Under the pieces are notes generated by a model that worked only from the letters and a program-made list of their open reading frames with translations, had not been told where the DNA came from and did not search any database. A DNA stretch of 59,520 nt from a virus (Duplodnaviria > Caudoviricetes): positions 1-59,520 of the IMG/VR virus record IMGVR_UViG_3300022407_001199; one strand, written 5' to 3'. Shown in pieces: positions 8,911 to 17,604 of this stretch; within the stretch, counting starts at the first letter, position 1; each line of letters starts with the position of its first letter. The translations under genes and the position numbers were made by a program.

Positions 8911-9822
8911 ATGGCAATTTCCCGTGCCCAACTGCTAAAAGAACTGCTCCCCGGCCTGAACGCCTTGTTTGGTCTGGAGTACGCTCGTTACGGCGAAGAG
9001 CATAAAGAACTGTATACGACTGAAAAGTCTGAGCGTTCTTTTGAAGAAGAAACCAAGCTGTCCGGTTTCTCCGCTGCTCCGGTGAAGAACGAAGGTCAAG
9101 CCATCGCGTATGACAACGCGCAAGAAGCGTTCACCGCTCGGTACAACCACGAGACCATCGCTCTGGGCTTCTCCATCACGGAAGAAGCTGTGGAAGACAA
9201 CCTGTATGACAGCCTCTCGGCTCGTTACACGAAGGCTCTTGCTCGCGCTATGGCCTACACCAAGCAAGTCAAGGCTGCTTCCGTTATCAACAACGGTTTT
9301 AGCGCGGCCTATCAAGGTGGTGACGGTCAAGCTCTGTTCAGTACTGCTCACCCACTGGTGAACGGCGCTACCAACAGCAACCGTCCTGCGACCAACGCTG
9401 ACCTGAACGAGACTTCTTTGGAAGCCGCCGTCATTCAGATCGCCGCTTGGACGGATGAGCGCGGTCTGTTGATCGCTGCCAAGCCACGCAAGCTGATCAT
9501 TCCTCCTGCTCTGATGTTCGTTGCTACCCGTCTGTTGGAAACCAGCCTCCGTGTTGGTACTACCGACAACGATATCAACGCACTGAAGAACAACGGTTCG
9601 ATCCCAGAAGGCTATGCAGTCAACCACTTCTTGACCGACAGCAGCGGCTGGTATCTCACCACCGATGTGCCTAACGGTCTGAAGCACTTCGAGCGTTCGC
9701 CACTGGCTAACTCGATGGACGGTGACTTCGATACGGGCAACGTCCGTTACAAGGCCCGCGAGCGTTATTCGTTCGGCTGGTCAGATCCGCTGGGTATGTT
9801 CGGCTCCCCCGGCGTGGCCTGA
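8911..9822 (+). CDS. Major capsid protein (HK97 fold, Mu gpT-like family)
   Basis: AAGGAG SD, strong codon bias, KPRKLIIPPAL and DFDTGNVRYKARERYSFGWSD motifs, followed by a terminator. Confidence 0.9.
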   Translation: MAISRAQLLKELLPGLNALFGLEYARYGEEHKELYTTEKSERSFEEETKLSGFSAAPVKNEGQAIAYDNAQEAFTARYNHETIALGFSITEEAVEDNLYDSLSARYTKALARAMAYTKQVKAASVINNGFSAAYQGGDGQALFSTAHPLVNGATNSNRPATNADLNETSLEAAVIQIAAWTDERGLLIAAKPRKLIIPPALMFVATRLLETSLRVGTTDNDINALKNNGSIPEGYAVNHFLTDSSGWYLTTDVPNGLKHFERSPLANSMDGDFDTGNVRYKARERYSFGWSDPLGMFGSPGVA

Positions 9823-9853
9823 TAGCTAGATAGGGTTGGGGGTTCCCGGCTGA

Positions 9854-9888
9854 AGGGGGTAGGTCACAAGCCTACCCCCTTTTTATTT
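9854..9888 (+). terminator. Rho-independent terminator after the capsid gene
   Basis: agggggtagg-tcacaag-cctaccccct 10-bp stem followed by a T-tract. Confidence 0.85.
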
Positions 9889-9915
9889 GCACAAGAGAAA
9901 AACTTGTGGTACAAC
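9887..9915 (+). promoter_or_regulatory. Candidate sigma70-type promoter
   Basis: TTGCAC-17 bp-TACAAC with upstream TG. Confidence 0.55.
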
Positions 9916-9919
9916 CCTA

Positions 9920-9992
9920 GTACCAAGACTACTTGGCTTGTTGACTGACTTGGCAGACTTTTCCTCAAGACAGCAAGCCCTACAGAGGACAT
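9920..9992 (+). ncRNA. Candidate structured RNA downstream of the capsid gene (Mu-gpT-DE-like context)
   Basis: ggcttgttg(9935-43)/cagcaagcc(9971-79); ccaag(9923-27)/cttgg(9932-36 or 9949-53); tcctc(9962-66)/gagga(9985-89). Confidence 0.55.
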
Positions 9993-9995
9993 ATC

Positions 9996-10460
9996 ATGGG
10001 ATTCGCTACTCACCTCGGCCCTTGGCTGCTCGGCACGGTTAAAGAAGGCGCTGGCCGCAATACTGGCGCTTGCCCCTGCATCCAGACCAAGAACATCTTG
10101 TATACGGATCAAACCGCACAGACGGTTATCGCAGTTGTCCCTGCGGGTTCGTATATCCAGAACTTGCAGTTCGTCATCACCACGGCGTTCGCCACGGCCA
10201 ACCCAACCTTCCAGATTTACATCAATGGAACTGCGGTAACGTCTGCGGTGGCAGTGACTTCCCCCGCATTGGGTGCGACTGGTGTGGCGGCTATCCCTCT
10301 GGGGACTAGTAACCCCGGCTTGGTACTGAACGTGGGCACTACTGACGCTATTGTTTCGTTCACAAATACGGGAACCACCGCTACGGCGGGTGCGGGCACT
10401 CTGGTTCTTGCATACCTTGTGCGCAATTCGGACGGCTCTGCCTTTCCATCGTCTGTCTAA
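9996..10460 (+). CDS. Putative virion structural protein, 154 aa
   Basis: GAGGA SD; beta-rich; follows the capsid gene. Confidence 0.7.
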   Translation: MGFATHLGPWLLGTVKEGAGRNTGACPCIQTKNILYTDQTAQTVIAVVPAGSYIQNLQFVITTAFATANPTFQIYINGTAVTSAVAVTSPALGATGVAAIPLGTSNPGLVLNVGTTDAIVSFTNTGTTATAGAGTLVLAYLVRNSDGSAFPSSV

Positions 10461-10468
10461 TTAGTCTC

Positions 10469-10484
10469 GGGGGCTTCGGCCCCC
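10469..10484 (+). terminator. cUUCGg hairpin (weak terminator or stabilising stem)
   Basis: gggggc-ttcg-gccccc with only a short U-tail. Confidence 0.5.
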
Positions 10485-10503
10485 ATTTCATAGGAGATAA
10501 ATT

Positions 10504-10764
10504 ATGGCGATCACCAATCCAAGCCCCACTTTCCCGCAGTTCCCCGGTGACGCAGTTGCAGTCACCAAGAACAACACCACCCGATTCCCGCCGTCTGTCA
10601 TTTATGTTGGCGGCACTGGCGATGTGAGCGTGGTTACCTCTCAGGGGAACAATGCCTTCTTTAAGGGCGTTCCAACTGGTGCAGTGATCCCGGTGCGTGT
10701 TATCGGCGTAAACGACACCACTGGTGGGACTACCAGCGCAACCGACATGATCAGGATCTTCTGA
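10504..10764 (+). CDS. Small structural protein, 86 aa (possible head-spike base)
   Basis: AGGAG SD; IYVGGTGDV...FKGVPTGAVIPVRV pattern seen in phage head-spike base proteins. Confidence 0.65.
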   Translation: MAITNPSPTFPQFPGDAVAVTKNNTTRFPPSVIYVGGTGDVSVVTSQGNNAFFKGVPTGAVIPVRVIGVNDTTGGTTSATDMIRIF

Positions 10765-11423
10765 TGTCGTTCGGCTTTGGCCTCTCCGTACCCAACCTGC
10801 GAAAGGTTGGCGGGGCTGCTCCTTTTGTTCCGGTGACGCTGGTACAAGAGAATTGGGCGTCGCCATTAACGGGCAGTGTAAGCGGCAGAACCCCCTCCCC
10901 AATCAACTCTGGTGGCGGGACTTGGCAAATCGTTGCCACCGAAGGTGTGGTTGTGTATGAGTACGGGAACGCAAGAATGCTTGCGGGAGACCCCCCAGCC
11001 GGGGTTGGGACATTCAGGCATTCGGTTCAACTCACAAACGCTACGATATCTTCGACCTATTCTGGAGAAGCTGACGCCCCCTCAGACATCCTTGTCTGGG
11101 CGCGTTCTACCCCCGGCCCTACTGGTGAAATAACACAGGGGTATTATCTTGTTATAGGGCCAACTGGTGTATACCTCTACAAGCGATTTGCAGGGGATGA
11201 CACTTTAATAGTAACAGCGCTTTGTTCCCCTTATGGGGCAATAACTTCCTTCACCGTGAGCGGGACAACACTTACAGTCGTTGTGGACGAGGTACAAGTC
11301 ATTCAAACGGTGGACACTTCTATCACCTCTGCGGGGTATTTTGGATGTTCCGTCTCAACAACTTACGGCGCAGATAGTTACGTGTACACCTATGTTGGCC
11401 CCATCACTATTCAAACAGCGTAA
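10764..11423 (+). CDS. Putative head-fibre/lectin-like beta-sandwich protein
   Basis: TGATG coupling; MSFGFGLS N-terminus; beta-rich. Confidence 0.6.
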   Translation: MSFGFGLSVPNLRKVGGAAPFVPVTLVQENWASPLTGSVSGRTPSPINSGGGTWQIVATEGVVVYEYGNARMLAGDPPAGVGTFRHSVQLTNATISSTYSGEADAPSDILVWARSTPGPTGEITQGYYLVIGPTGVYLYKRFAGDDTLIVTALCSPYGAITSFTVSGTTLTVVVDEVQVIQTVDTSITSAGYFGCSVSTTYGADSYVYTYVGPITIQTA

Positions 11424-11440
11424 AACAGGGTTTAGCAAAA

Positions 11441-11731
11441 ATGGCTAATTACATCAATAACGGCAATCTGGCCCCGGAGCTTTTGGAGTCTAACTTCAAA
11501 GCTATCATCTCTCCGGTGATCAACTTCAAGGCAACGCTGCTGTCTGGCACGAACGCAGATGTTCAGGTTGTGGGAGACGATGGCGTGGTGTACCTTACGT
11601 TTACGTTGGATACGCTGAACACCCCGATTGCTTCGGGGCTCGTCACCAACCTCGCACCAAGGCTGAAGTTCGTAGTGACTTCCGGTGAAGGCTCTGGCCG
11701 CTTCAAGATTGAATTGGGTGCGAGCATCTAA
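11441..11731 (+). CDS. Hypothetical structural protein, 96 aa
   Basis: ORF, TAATG-coupled to the next gene. Confidence 0.7.
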   Translation: MANYINNGNLAPELLESNFKAIISPVINFKATLLSGTNADVQVVGDDGVVYLTFTLDTLNTPIASGLVTNLAPRLKFVVTSGEGSGRFKIELGASI

Positions 11732-11750
11732 TGGCTAATTCAGTAACACT
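11711..11750 (+). repeat. Repeat A copy 1 (copy 2 at 13540-13579)
   Basis: 36/40 identity; the last 25 nt (atctaatggctaattcagtaacact) are identical. Confidence 0.9.
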
Positions 11751-13506
11751 TGGGGCAGCGTCCCGAATCAATTCAGGGGCTAGTACGATCCCTGTGCCTA
11801 TTGGCAACACAGGTGTCGAGGGGGTGATTTTTTCTGCTCGGCTAGACACCCCGAGTCCAGCATCAACCGCCAGCGTAACTCCAAATACTCCAGAAGCAGG
11901 TCAGTATACACTGGTGTATACTAGACTTTTTGAGCATACTGTATTAAATAGCACGGGCTCATATACATCATTTGGTAACGGAATACCCGCGCTCGCATTT
12001 AATTCTGTGACTGGCTCTTATATGCTTGCGGGGGTTCAAGGAAATACGGTTAGCGCGGTTGCCTCCCCATCCAGTAGAGATGTCACGCAAGCGGGTTGGG
12101 TCAAGACGACGCTAACCCCCGCGTTCAATGCTGTTGGCATTGATGATGCGGTCAGTTCGGCCTCTACTCTTACGGCTACCGCAGACCTTGGTAAGGCACT
12201 TTATCCAATTACCGCAGCCGCAGCGTCGCGAGTTGGGCAAGCATTTATTAAACGATCTGCTGGGCGAGGAAGAGTTTGGTTTACGCTAGATGGCGGCACA
12301 AGTTGGACAGACGTTACATCGTTTGTTGGAAGTTCGTATAAAAAAATCAACACTACTAGCGGAGTTATAAACCCATCTATAGGGTTTATGCTTGAATACT
12401 CTGGCGATGCAATTATTGTAGATGCGATTTCAGTTACGACTAACGGCTTTCCTTCTGCTACAGACCCCATCTTTAACGCTGCTAACCAGATTCAGCAACA
12501 GTCGTTGGGGTGGACAGGCGCACGCGCCGCCTCATCATCATCTAGTTTTTCCGTAAGCGCAACTATTTATATAGAGCCGGGGTTTGTTCCGGGCGGAAAT
12601 ATAGTACTTTCCACCCCTAGTGGTACTGGTCAATTTATTATAAATTGGGGGGCTTTAAACAATAACTTGAATTTGCAGATGTCCAATACATCGACAGGTT
12701 CATTTTTTCTTAACCCCCCGCTGGGGCTTGCATGGCGAGATAGTGGCGTAGGTATTCCTGTAGGTATTCCAACAGACATAAAAATGGTTTGGAGTGGCGT
12801 TACTGCATATGCTTACATTAACGAGAGATTAAGCGCCATATTTCAAAACACTACCACTGGCATAGGGGCAGGCAACGATATTACAACTTTAAATAATATA
12901 GGATTGACGCTAACTAACGGCAATCGCCTGTCTAATTTGCGAGTGTGTGAGTGGTCTGGAAAGACCATCACGCTACTTGGTGATTCTTTCTCCGCTACCG
13001 AGTCATTCCGACAAAATATACTCAAGCAAACTCCCAAAGAGTGCGTTGTTATTCAACAAGCATCTGGGGGGGCAACAACTACCACGTTAATTGCTGGGCT
13101 TACAGGTGACATACAGTATTCAGTTCAAGCAAGCACGGCAGACACATGGCTGGTGCTTTGGATCGGGACGAATGATTTTGGGGCGAATGCCACAGTCGCT
13201 GCCACGCTTGCTAATATGCAAACCATTGTCAACGGGGTTCTTGCACTTAACCCCGCTACAAAAATTGTCTGTGTCACAGTGCCTGTGTATCGCGCCGCTG
13301 CGTATCTTACGGGTATTACAGAGGCAGAGTTTACGGCGCGGGTACTGAGTTTTAACTCACAACTGTCTTCCTTGGTAGGCATTTATGCGGTTGCAGAAAT
13401 TAACTATGCGGCAACTGCGCTTGCATCGTATTACAGTGATGGCCTTCATCCCAAGTACAAATACAATCCAGAGATTACAAGAAAAATCATTGCGGTGATG
13501 AAGTAA
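11731..13506 (+). CDS. Virion spike/fibre protein with C-terminal SGNH/GDSL esterase domain
   Basis: LLGDSFS (block I), ASGGAT (II), IGTND (III), DGLHP (V); preceded by a LamG-like beta region. Confidence 0.8.
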   Translation: MANSVTLGAASRINSGASTIPVPIGNTGVEGVIFSARLDTPSPASTASVTPNTPEAGQYTLVYTRLFEHTVLNSTGSYTSFGNGIPALAFNSVTGSYMLAGVQGNTVSAVASPSSRDVTQAGWVKTTLTPAFNAVGIDDAVSSASTLTATADLGKALYPITAAAASRVGQAFIKRSAGRGRVWFTLDGGTSWTDVTSFVGSSYKKINTTSGVINPSIGFMLEYSGDAIIVDAISVTTNGFPSATDPIFNAANQIQQQSLGWTGARAASSSSSFSVSATIYIEPGFVPGGNIVLSTPSGTGQFIINWGALNNNLNLQMSNTSTGSFFLNPPLGLAWRDSGVGIPVGIPTDIKMVWSGVTAYAYINERLSAIFQNTTTGIGAGNDITTLNNIGLTLTNGNRLSNLRVCEWSGKTITLLGDSFSATESFRQNILKQTPKECVVIQQASGGATTTTLIAGLTGDIQYSVQASTADTWLVLWIGTNDFGANATVAATLANMQTIVNGVLALNPATKIVCVTVPVYRAAAYLTGITEAEFTARVLSFNSQLSSLVGIYAVAEINYAATALASYYSDGLHPKYKYNPEITRKIIAVMK

Positions 13507-13509
13507 ATC

Positions 13510-13560
13510 ATGGCTAAGAAAACACCCTCACTGGCTTTGAAATTGGGAGCAAGTATCTAA
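13510..13560 (+). other. Chimeric 16-aa mini-ORF MAKKTPSLALKLGASI (recombination scar)
   Basis: First 9 aa match the start of gene 15165; last 5 aa plus stop match the end of gene 11441. Confidence 0.85.
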
Positions 13561-15161
13561 TGGCTAATTCAGTAACACTAAACAATGCGGCAGCAATCGG
13601 CACTGGCGGCGCTGCTGTCGGTCTAGAGGTCTGGGCTCCCGGACGCACTTATGCCGTTGGCGCACGGACGATTTCCCCCAGTGGGCGTCCTATCGTTTGC
13701 CGTGTCGCACACACTTCTGCATCCACGTTTAACGCTACCAGATGGACGTATCCCGGCCCGCTTAATGCGACGATTGTTGACTTTACCCTGCTTCCAGACG
13801 GTAATATCGCAACCACAGAGCCTGCTTTCGGGTCTGTTTCATCCTTTGGGGTGGCAGATCAGTATCTATATGGATACGTTATTAAAGATGGTGCTGCTCA
13901 AGACTGGAGAGCGGACAACCCAGCAAACGGCGCTCCACCGTCACAAAGTTACTTTACCTCGTATTTGCCTGATACGACAGAAAACATTAAGCATTTGTGG
14001 ATTGAGTATGAGGTCTCAGCCGCAACACCCACTGCCCTCAACGGGGGGATGACGCTTATTTTGCAACGGCGTGATGCCGATGAAACTGGCGGTATTTCTG
14101 CGGGCGTTCACTGGCAGTTGTATGGGCAGCAGTACCCAACTCCAGCCAATAGCGGCGCTCCTGATTGGCCTACAGGGTCATACGGCCTCCCCGCAATGCC
14201 AACCTTTGCAACGGGTTCTATTGCAGCGGGCACTACCTCAAACCCAAACAATCAAATTACTTTTTCGGGTGTTACCGGGACTATTGTTCCCGGACTTGAA
14301 CTGACTGGGGTTACAGGCGGTTCATTCTTACAATTTAACGCGCAATACGGAACAGATTCTGGTAACAATGTCCCTGCAAACATCCTTATAATTACTGGAC
14401 AAGTTTCTGGCACGGTTGGTGGGGCGGGCGTTTACACCCTAAGTATGTCAAATGTGGGTACTGCGGCGACAGCAACAGGGTTCTACGCATGGGTTCAAAA
14501 TGGCCCAGTCGTTAAGCCGCCATATCCTGTTATAGGCCGAAGAATTCGAGTTGAACTTGTTATAGATCATTCGTCAGGCGCCATGTATGGGTATGTTGAC
14601 GGTATTATGTGCGCTCATTGGCGCAATACTGGCAATACGGCATATACGTCATATAAGGGGATGTTTGAGAGTATGAGCATATACACAAAAGTATATGCTT
14701 TCGGCGTGTCTGCACATTTCCCAGAATTTCACACCAGTGATCGGCAAAGACTGCCCTACTTTAACCCAAATGGCTATTCTGGAAATTTAGCAGCAGTTAA
14801 CTATGCGGTAACTACTTCGTGGGTGTTGGCGTATGCAGTAAAGGTTGGGTTTGGTTCGTCAGGAATGGTGGAAGTTTTCTTTAACCCCTTTATTATTTGT
14901 ACATCGGGCACTATGTACATGGATTTGTCTACAACTACTGCTGCGCCAGCAGCATACCCCTACCCAATGAAAATGGGCAATCAAGGAACCCAGTGTCGCG
15001 TGCCATTTTCTCAGTACTATCACGGAACCCCCGGCACAGTTGCGGAGGTTGGAATCTGGGTTAAATCTGATGGGTCGGGCTCTATCGGAGACCCCAATCA
15101 AATGAGTGGCAGTGGGCCGCGCTGGCGTCCTGTTACAAAAATCAATCCAAGCACATTCTAA
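13560..15161 (+). CDS. Second spike/fibre protein with N-terminal CBM5/12-like module
   Basis: Same MANSVTL start as gene 11731; WAPGRTYAVG...CRVAHTS...W pattern; beta-rich body. Confidence 0.7.
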   Translation: MANSVTLNNAAAIGTGGAAVGLEVWAPGRTYAVGARTISPSGRPIVCRVAHTSASTFNATRWTYPGPLNATIVDFTLLPDGNIATTEPAFGSVSSFGVADQYLYGYVIKDGAAQDWRADNPANGAPPSQSYFTSYLPDTTENIKHLWIEYEVSAATPTALNGGMTLILQRRDADETGGISAGVHWQLYGQQYPTPANSGAPDWPTGSYGLPAMPTFATGSIAAGTTSNPNNQITFSGVTGTIVPGLELTGVTGGSFLQFNAQYGTDSGNNVPANILIITGQVSGTVGGAGVYTLSMSNVGTAATATGFYAWVQNGPVVKPPYPVIGRRIRVELVIDHSSGAMYGYVDGIMCAHWRNTGNTAYTSYKGMFESMSIYTKVYAFGVSAHFPEFHTSDRQRLPYFNPNGYSGNLAAVNYAVTTSWVLAYAVKVGFGSSGMVEVFFNPFIICTSGTMYMDLSTTTAAPAAYPYPMKMGNQGTQCRVPFSQYYHGTPGTVAEVGIWVKSDGSGSIGDPNQMSGSGPRWRPVTKINPSTF

Positions 15162-15162
15162 G

Positions 15163-15191
15163 TCATGGCTAAGAAAACACCTTCACTGGCT
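15163..15191 (+). repeat. Repeat B copy 2 (copy 1 at 13508-13536)
   Basis: tcatggctaagaaaacacc[c/t]tcactggct, 28/29 identity. Confidence 0.9.
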
Positions 15192-15419
15192 GTTGGGCGG
15201 GGAGAAAAACTCCCCGTATCCAAAGGCGCTGGCTTGACCGCTAAGGGAAGAGAGAAATACAATGCTGCCACAGGCAGCAACCTCAAAGCTCCCCAGCCTG
15301 AAGGTGGCCCGCGCAAGAAGTCCTTCTGTGCTCGCATGAGCGGTATGCCGGGGCCGATGAAAGACGAGAAGGGTCAACCCACTCGCAAAGCCGCATCTCT
15401 CAAACGATGGAAGTGCTGA
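15165..15419 (+). CDS. Small basic phage protein (SFCARM...RWKC type)
   Basis: GLTAKGR...RKKSFCARMSG...LKRWKC pattern common in aquatic phages. Confidence 0.75.
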   Translation: MAKKTPSLAVGRGEKLPVSKGAGLTAKGREKYNAATGSNLKAPQPEGGPRKKSFCARMSGMPGPMKDEKGQPTRKAASLKRWKC

Positions 15420-15420
15420 A

Positions 15421-15609
15421 ATGAAACAAGAAGCTCTTGAGGCTACCAAGCACGTGCTTGATGCCGTGTCTTTCGTAACCGTAGTGGGCACACTTGTGAA
15501 CGTCCTTCCATCTATCGCCGCTGCATTTACCATAGTTTGGACAGCCTTCCGCATCTGGGAGACTGACACCGTCCGCGACTGGACTAACCGGAAGAAAGAC
15601 CAATCATGA
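15421..15609 (+). CDS. Small membrane protein (holin-like)
   Basis: Long hydrophobic core with a charged C-terminus. Confidence 0.6.
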   Translation: MKQEALEATKHVLDAVSFVTVVGTLVNVLPSIAAAFTIVWTAFRIWETDTVRDWTNRKKDQS

Positions 15610-15800
15610 AGACCAAGACACCTCTCCCCCCATTTATTCAAAAGATGATGGCCGCTAAAGCTGGCGCTAAGGATGCCCCTAAGAAGGGTGTGACCAAGAT
15701 GGCTAAGGGCGGCTGCGCTATGGCTAAAGGCGGCGGCATCGAGACCAAGGGTAAGACCAAGGGCAAGATGATCAAGATGAAGAGCGGCGGCGGCTGCTAA
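15606..15800 (+). CDS. Small Lys-rich protein with MAKGG repeats
   Basis: ATGA coupling; MAKGG x2 and MKSGG. Confidence 0.7.
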   Translation: MKTKTPLPPFIQKMMAAKAGAKDAPKKGVTKMAKGGCAMAKGGGIETKGKTKGKMIKMKSGGGC

Positions 15801-15809
15801 GGAACCATC

Positions 15810-16067
15810 ATGGCTGACGAACAACCAAAAGGTAAGCGGGTTCCCGGCACAAACACATTCGATGTGCAAGAGCCGCCCCCCAAAAAGAAATACTACCCCG
15901 AGGACGAGCTTGGTACGGGTATTCTGATTGATGGTAAGCAGATGAAGCCTACGTCAAAACCAGCCCCTAAGCCTGATTCAAAGCCTATGAAGAAGATGGC
16001 TAAGGGCGGCGTTACTCGTGCTGACGGGTGTGTCCGTAAAGGGCGCACTAAAGGCAAAATGGTATGA
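15810..16067 (+). CDS. Small basic protein with MAKGG motif
   Basis: AAGGA SD; C-terminus KGRTKGKMV parallels KGKTKGKMI of the upstream gene. Confidence 0.7.
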   Translation: MADEQPKGKRVPGTNTFDVQEPPPKKKYYPEDELGTGILIDGKQMKPTSKPAPKPDSKPMKKMAKGGVTRADGCVRKGRTKGKMV

Positions 16068-16345
16068 GAGCCAGTCGCGGCATGGGTGCTATCAGCCCCT
16101 CCAAGATGCCGGGGGCAAAGAAGAAAGCTCGCCGCGACGATACTGACTTCGCGCAGTACGCCGAAGGTGGCGAGACCAAGAATTGGATCGCTGGCGCTAT
16201 CAAGAAGCCCGGAGCTTTACGTAAGCAACTTGGCGCTAAAGAAGGTCAGCCGATCCCCGCTAAGAAGTTGGCGAAAGCTGCTTCTGCTCCGGGTAAACTA
16301 GGACAACGTGCGCGTTTGGCGCAAACGCTTAAGGGGATGAAATAA
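16064..16345 (+). CDS. Small basic protein with YAEGG motif
   Basis: ATGA coupling; WIAGAIKKPGALR...RARLAQTL segment. Confidence 0.75.
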   Translation: MRASRGMGAISPSKMPGAKKKARRDDTDFAQYAEGGETKNWIAGAIKKPGALRKQLGAKEGQPIPAKKLAKAASAPGKLGQRARLAQTLKGMK

Positions 16346-16911
16346 TGGGTGCTGGTGGCATGAAAAGACCGGGAGCGGGTATGCCTCCTATGCAGAGACC
16401 GGGGAACCCAATGCAGAAGCAAGGTGGTCCGATGCAGAATTTACCCCCCGCAATTCAGCAAGCAATAGCGGCGCGGCAGATGGGCAAGCAAGGCGGTTCA
16501 ATGCAGCAGATGCCACCGCAAATGCCACACCAGATGCAGCAGAACCCTATGCAGCAGATGCAACAATTTCCGCAGATGCAGAAGCAAGGCGGTATGGATG
16601 GGCTTATGGGTCCGCAAGGCGGGCCAATGCAGCAGGGTATGGCTGGCGGTAAGGGCGGTATGCCCGGAGCCCAGAACCCTATGCAGCAGGGGCAAATGAT
16701 GCAGAACCCTATGCAGCAGAGTTTTATGCAGCAACAAAACCCGATGATGCGTAATCAAATGCCGCCTATGGGTCAGCAAGGCGCGGCTGGCGGTAAGGGC
16801 GGTATGCCCGGAGCAGGACCAGCCCCGAACGCTATGCAGCAGTTCTCGCAGCAGCAAAACATGGCAGGGCTGATGCAACCTCAACAGTCGTCACTTAACT
16901 CGTTGCAATAA
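16345..16911 (+). CDS. Gln/Met/Pro/Gly-rich low-complexity protein, 188 aa
   Basis: TAATG-coupled at both ends; internal 30-bp exact repeat at 16641-16670 and 16785-16814. Confidence 0.7.
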   Translation: MGAGGMKRPGAGMPPMQRPGNPMQKQGGPMQNLPPAIQQAIAARQMGKQGGSMQQMPPQMPHQMQQNPMQQMQQFPQMQKQGGMDGLMGPQGGPMQQGMAGGKGGMPGAQNPMQQGQMMQNPMQQSFMQQQNPMMRNQMPPMGQQGAAGGKGGMPGAGPAPNAMQQFSQQQNMAGLMQPQQSSLNSLQ

Positions 16912-17603
16912 TGGCTACCTCCGGTACTTCAGCCTTTAATCTTGATCTGACCGAACTGGTCGAAGAAGCATTCGAGCGTTGTGGTGCGGAACTTCGTTCA
17001 GGTTACGATCTCAAGACTGCAAGGCGTAGTCTCAATTTGCTTTTTGCTGATTGGGCTAATCGCGGGATTAACCTATGGACTGTTGCTCAGTCTTCTATCA
17101 CCCTTATTCCGGGCACTGCGACGTACTTTCTCCCGCTTGATACCGTAGATCTGCTTGAACACGTTATCCGTACTGGCGCAGGGAATGTCTCTACGCAAGC
17201 AGACTTGACGATCACGCGCATCTCTGTATCCACCTACGCTACGATCCCTAACAAGTTGAGTCAGGCTAGACCCATTCAGGTCTACATCGACAGACAAGCG
17301 GTTGTTCCAACCATTACTGTTTGGCCTATCCCAGATGCTTCGCAAACCTACACCTTCGTGTATTGGTATCTTCGCCGTATCCAAGATGCTGGCACTGGCG
17401 TGAACACGATGGATGTGCCGTTCCGGTTTATCCCCTGCATGGTTGCAGGTCTGGCCTACTACCTCGCGCTGAAGCTTCCTGATGGGCTGCAACGTCTCGA
17501 TACGCTCAAGGCGCAGTACGATGAAGCTTGGGATCTGGCATCATCTGAAGACCGCGAGAAGGCAGCGATTCGGCTCGTCCCAAGGCAGATGTTCATAGGC
17601 TGA
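16911..17603 (+). CDS. Putative head-tail adaptor (tail tubular protein A-like)
   Basis: Helical termini with a beta core (VWPIPD; VPFRFIPCMVAGLAYYLA). Confidence 0.65.
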   Translation: MATSGTSAFNLDLTELVEEAFERCGAELRSGYDLKTARRSLNLLFADWANRGINLWTVAQSSITLIPGTATYFLPLDTVDLLEHVIRTGAGNVSTQADLTITRISVSTYATIPNKLSQARPIQVYIDRQAVVPTITVWPIPDASQTYTFVYWYLRRIQDAGTGVNTMDVPFRFIPCMVAGLAYYLALKLPDGLQRLDTLKAQYDEAWDLASSEDREKAAIRLVPRQMFIG

Positions 17604-17604
17604 T

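Noticed and set aside
5084-9687. Long antisense ORFs (5084-5887, 8121-8879, 8935-9687; likewise 34139-35119)
   Set aside because: Mirror frames of strongly codon-biased genes; no RBS or protein motifs
9800-9835. Capsid read-through or frameshift extension
   Set aside because: TGA is followed at once by TAG and further stops, then a terminator; no extension ORF
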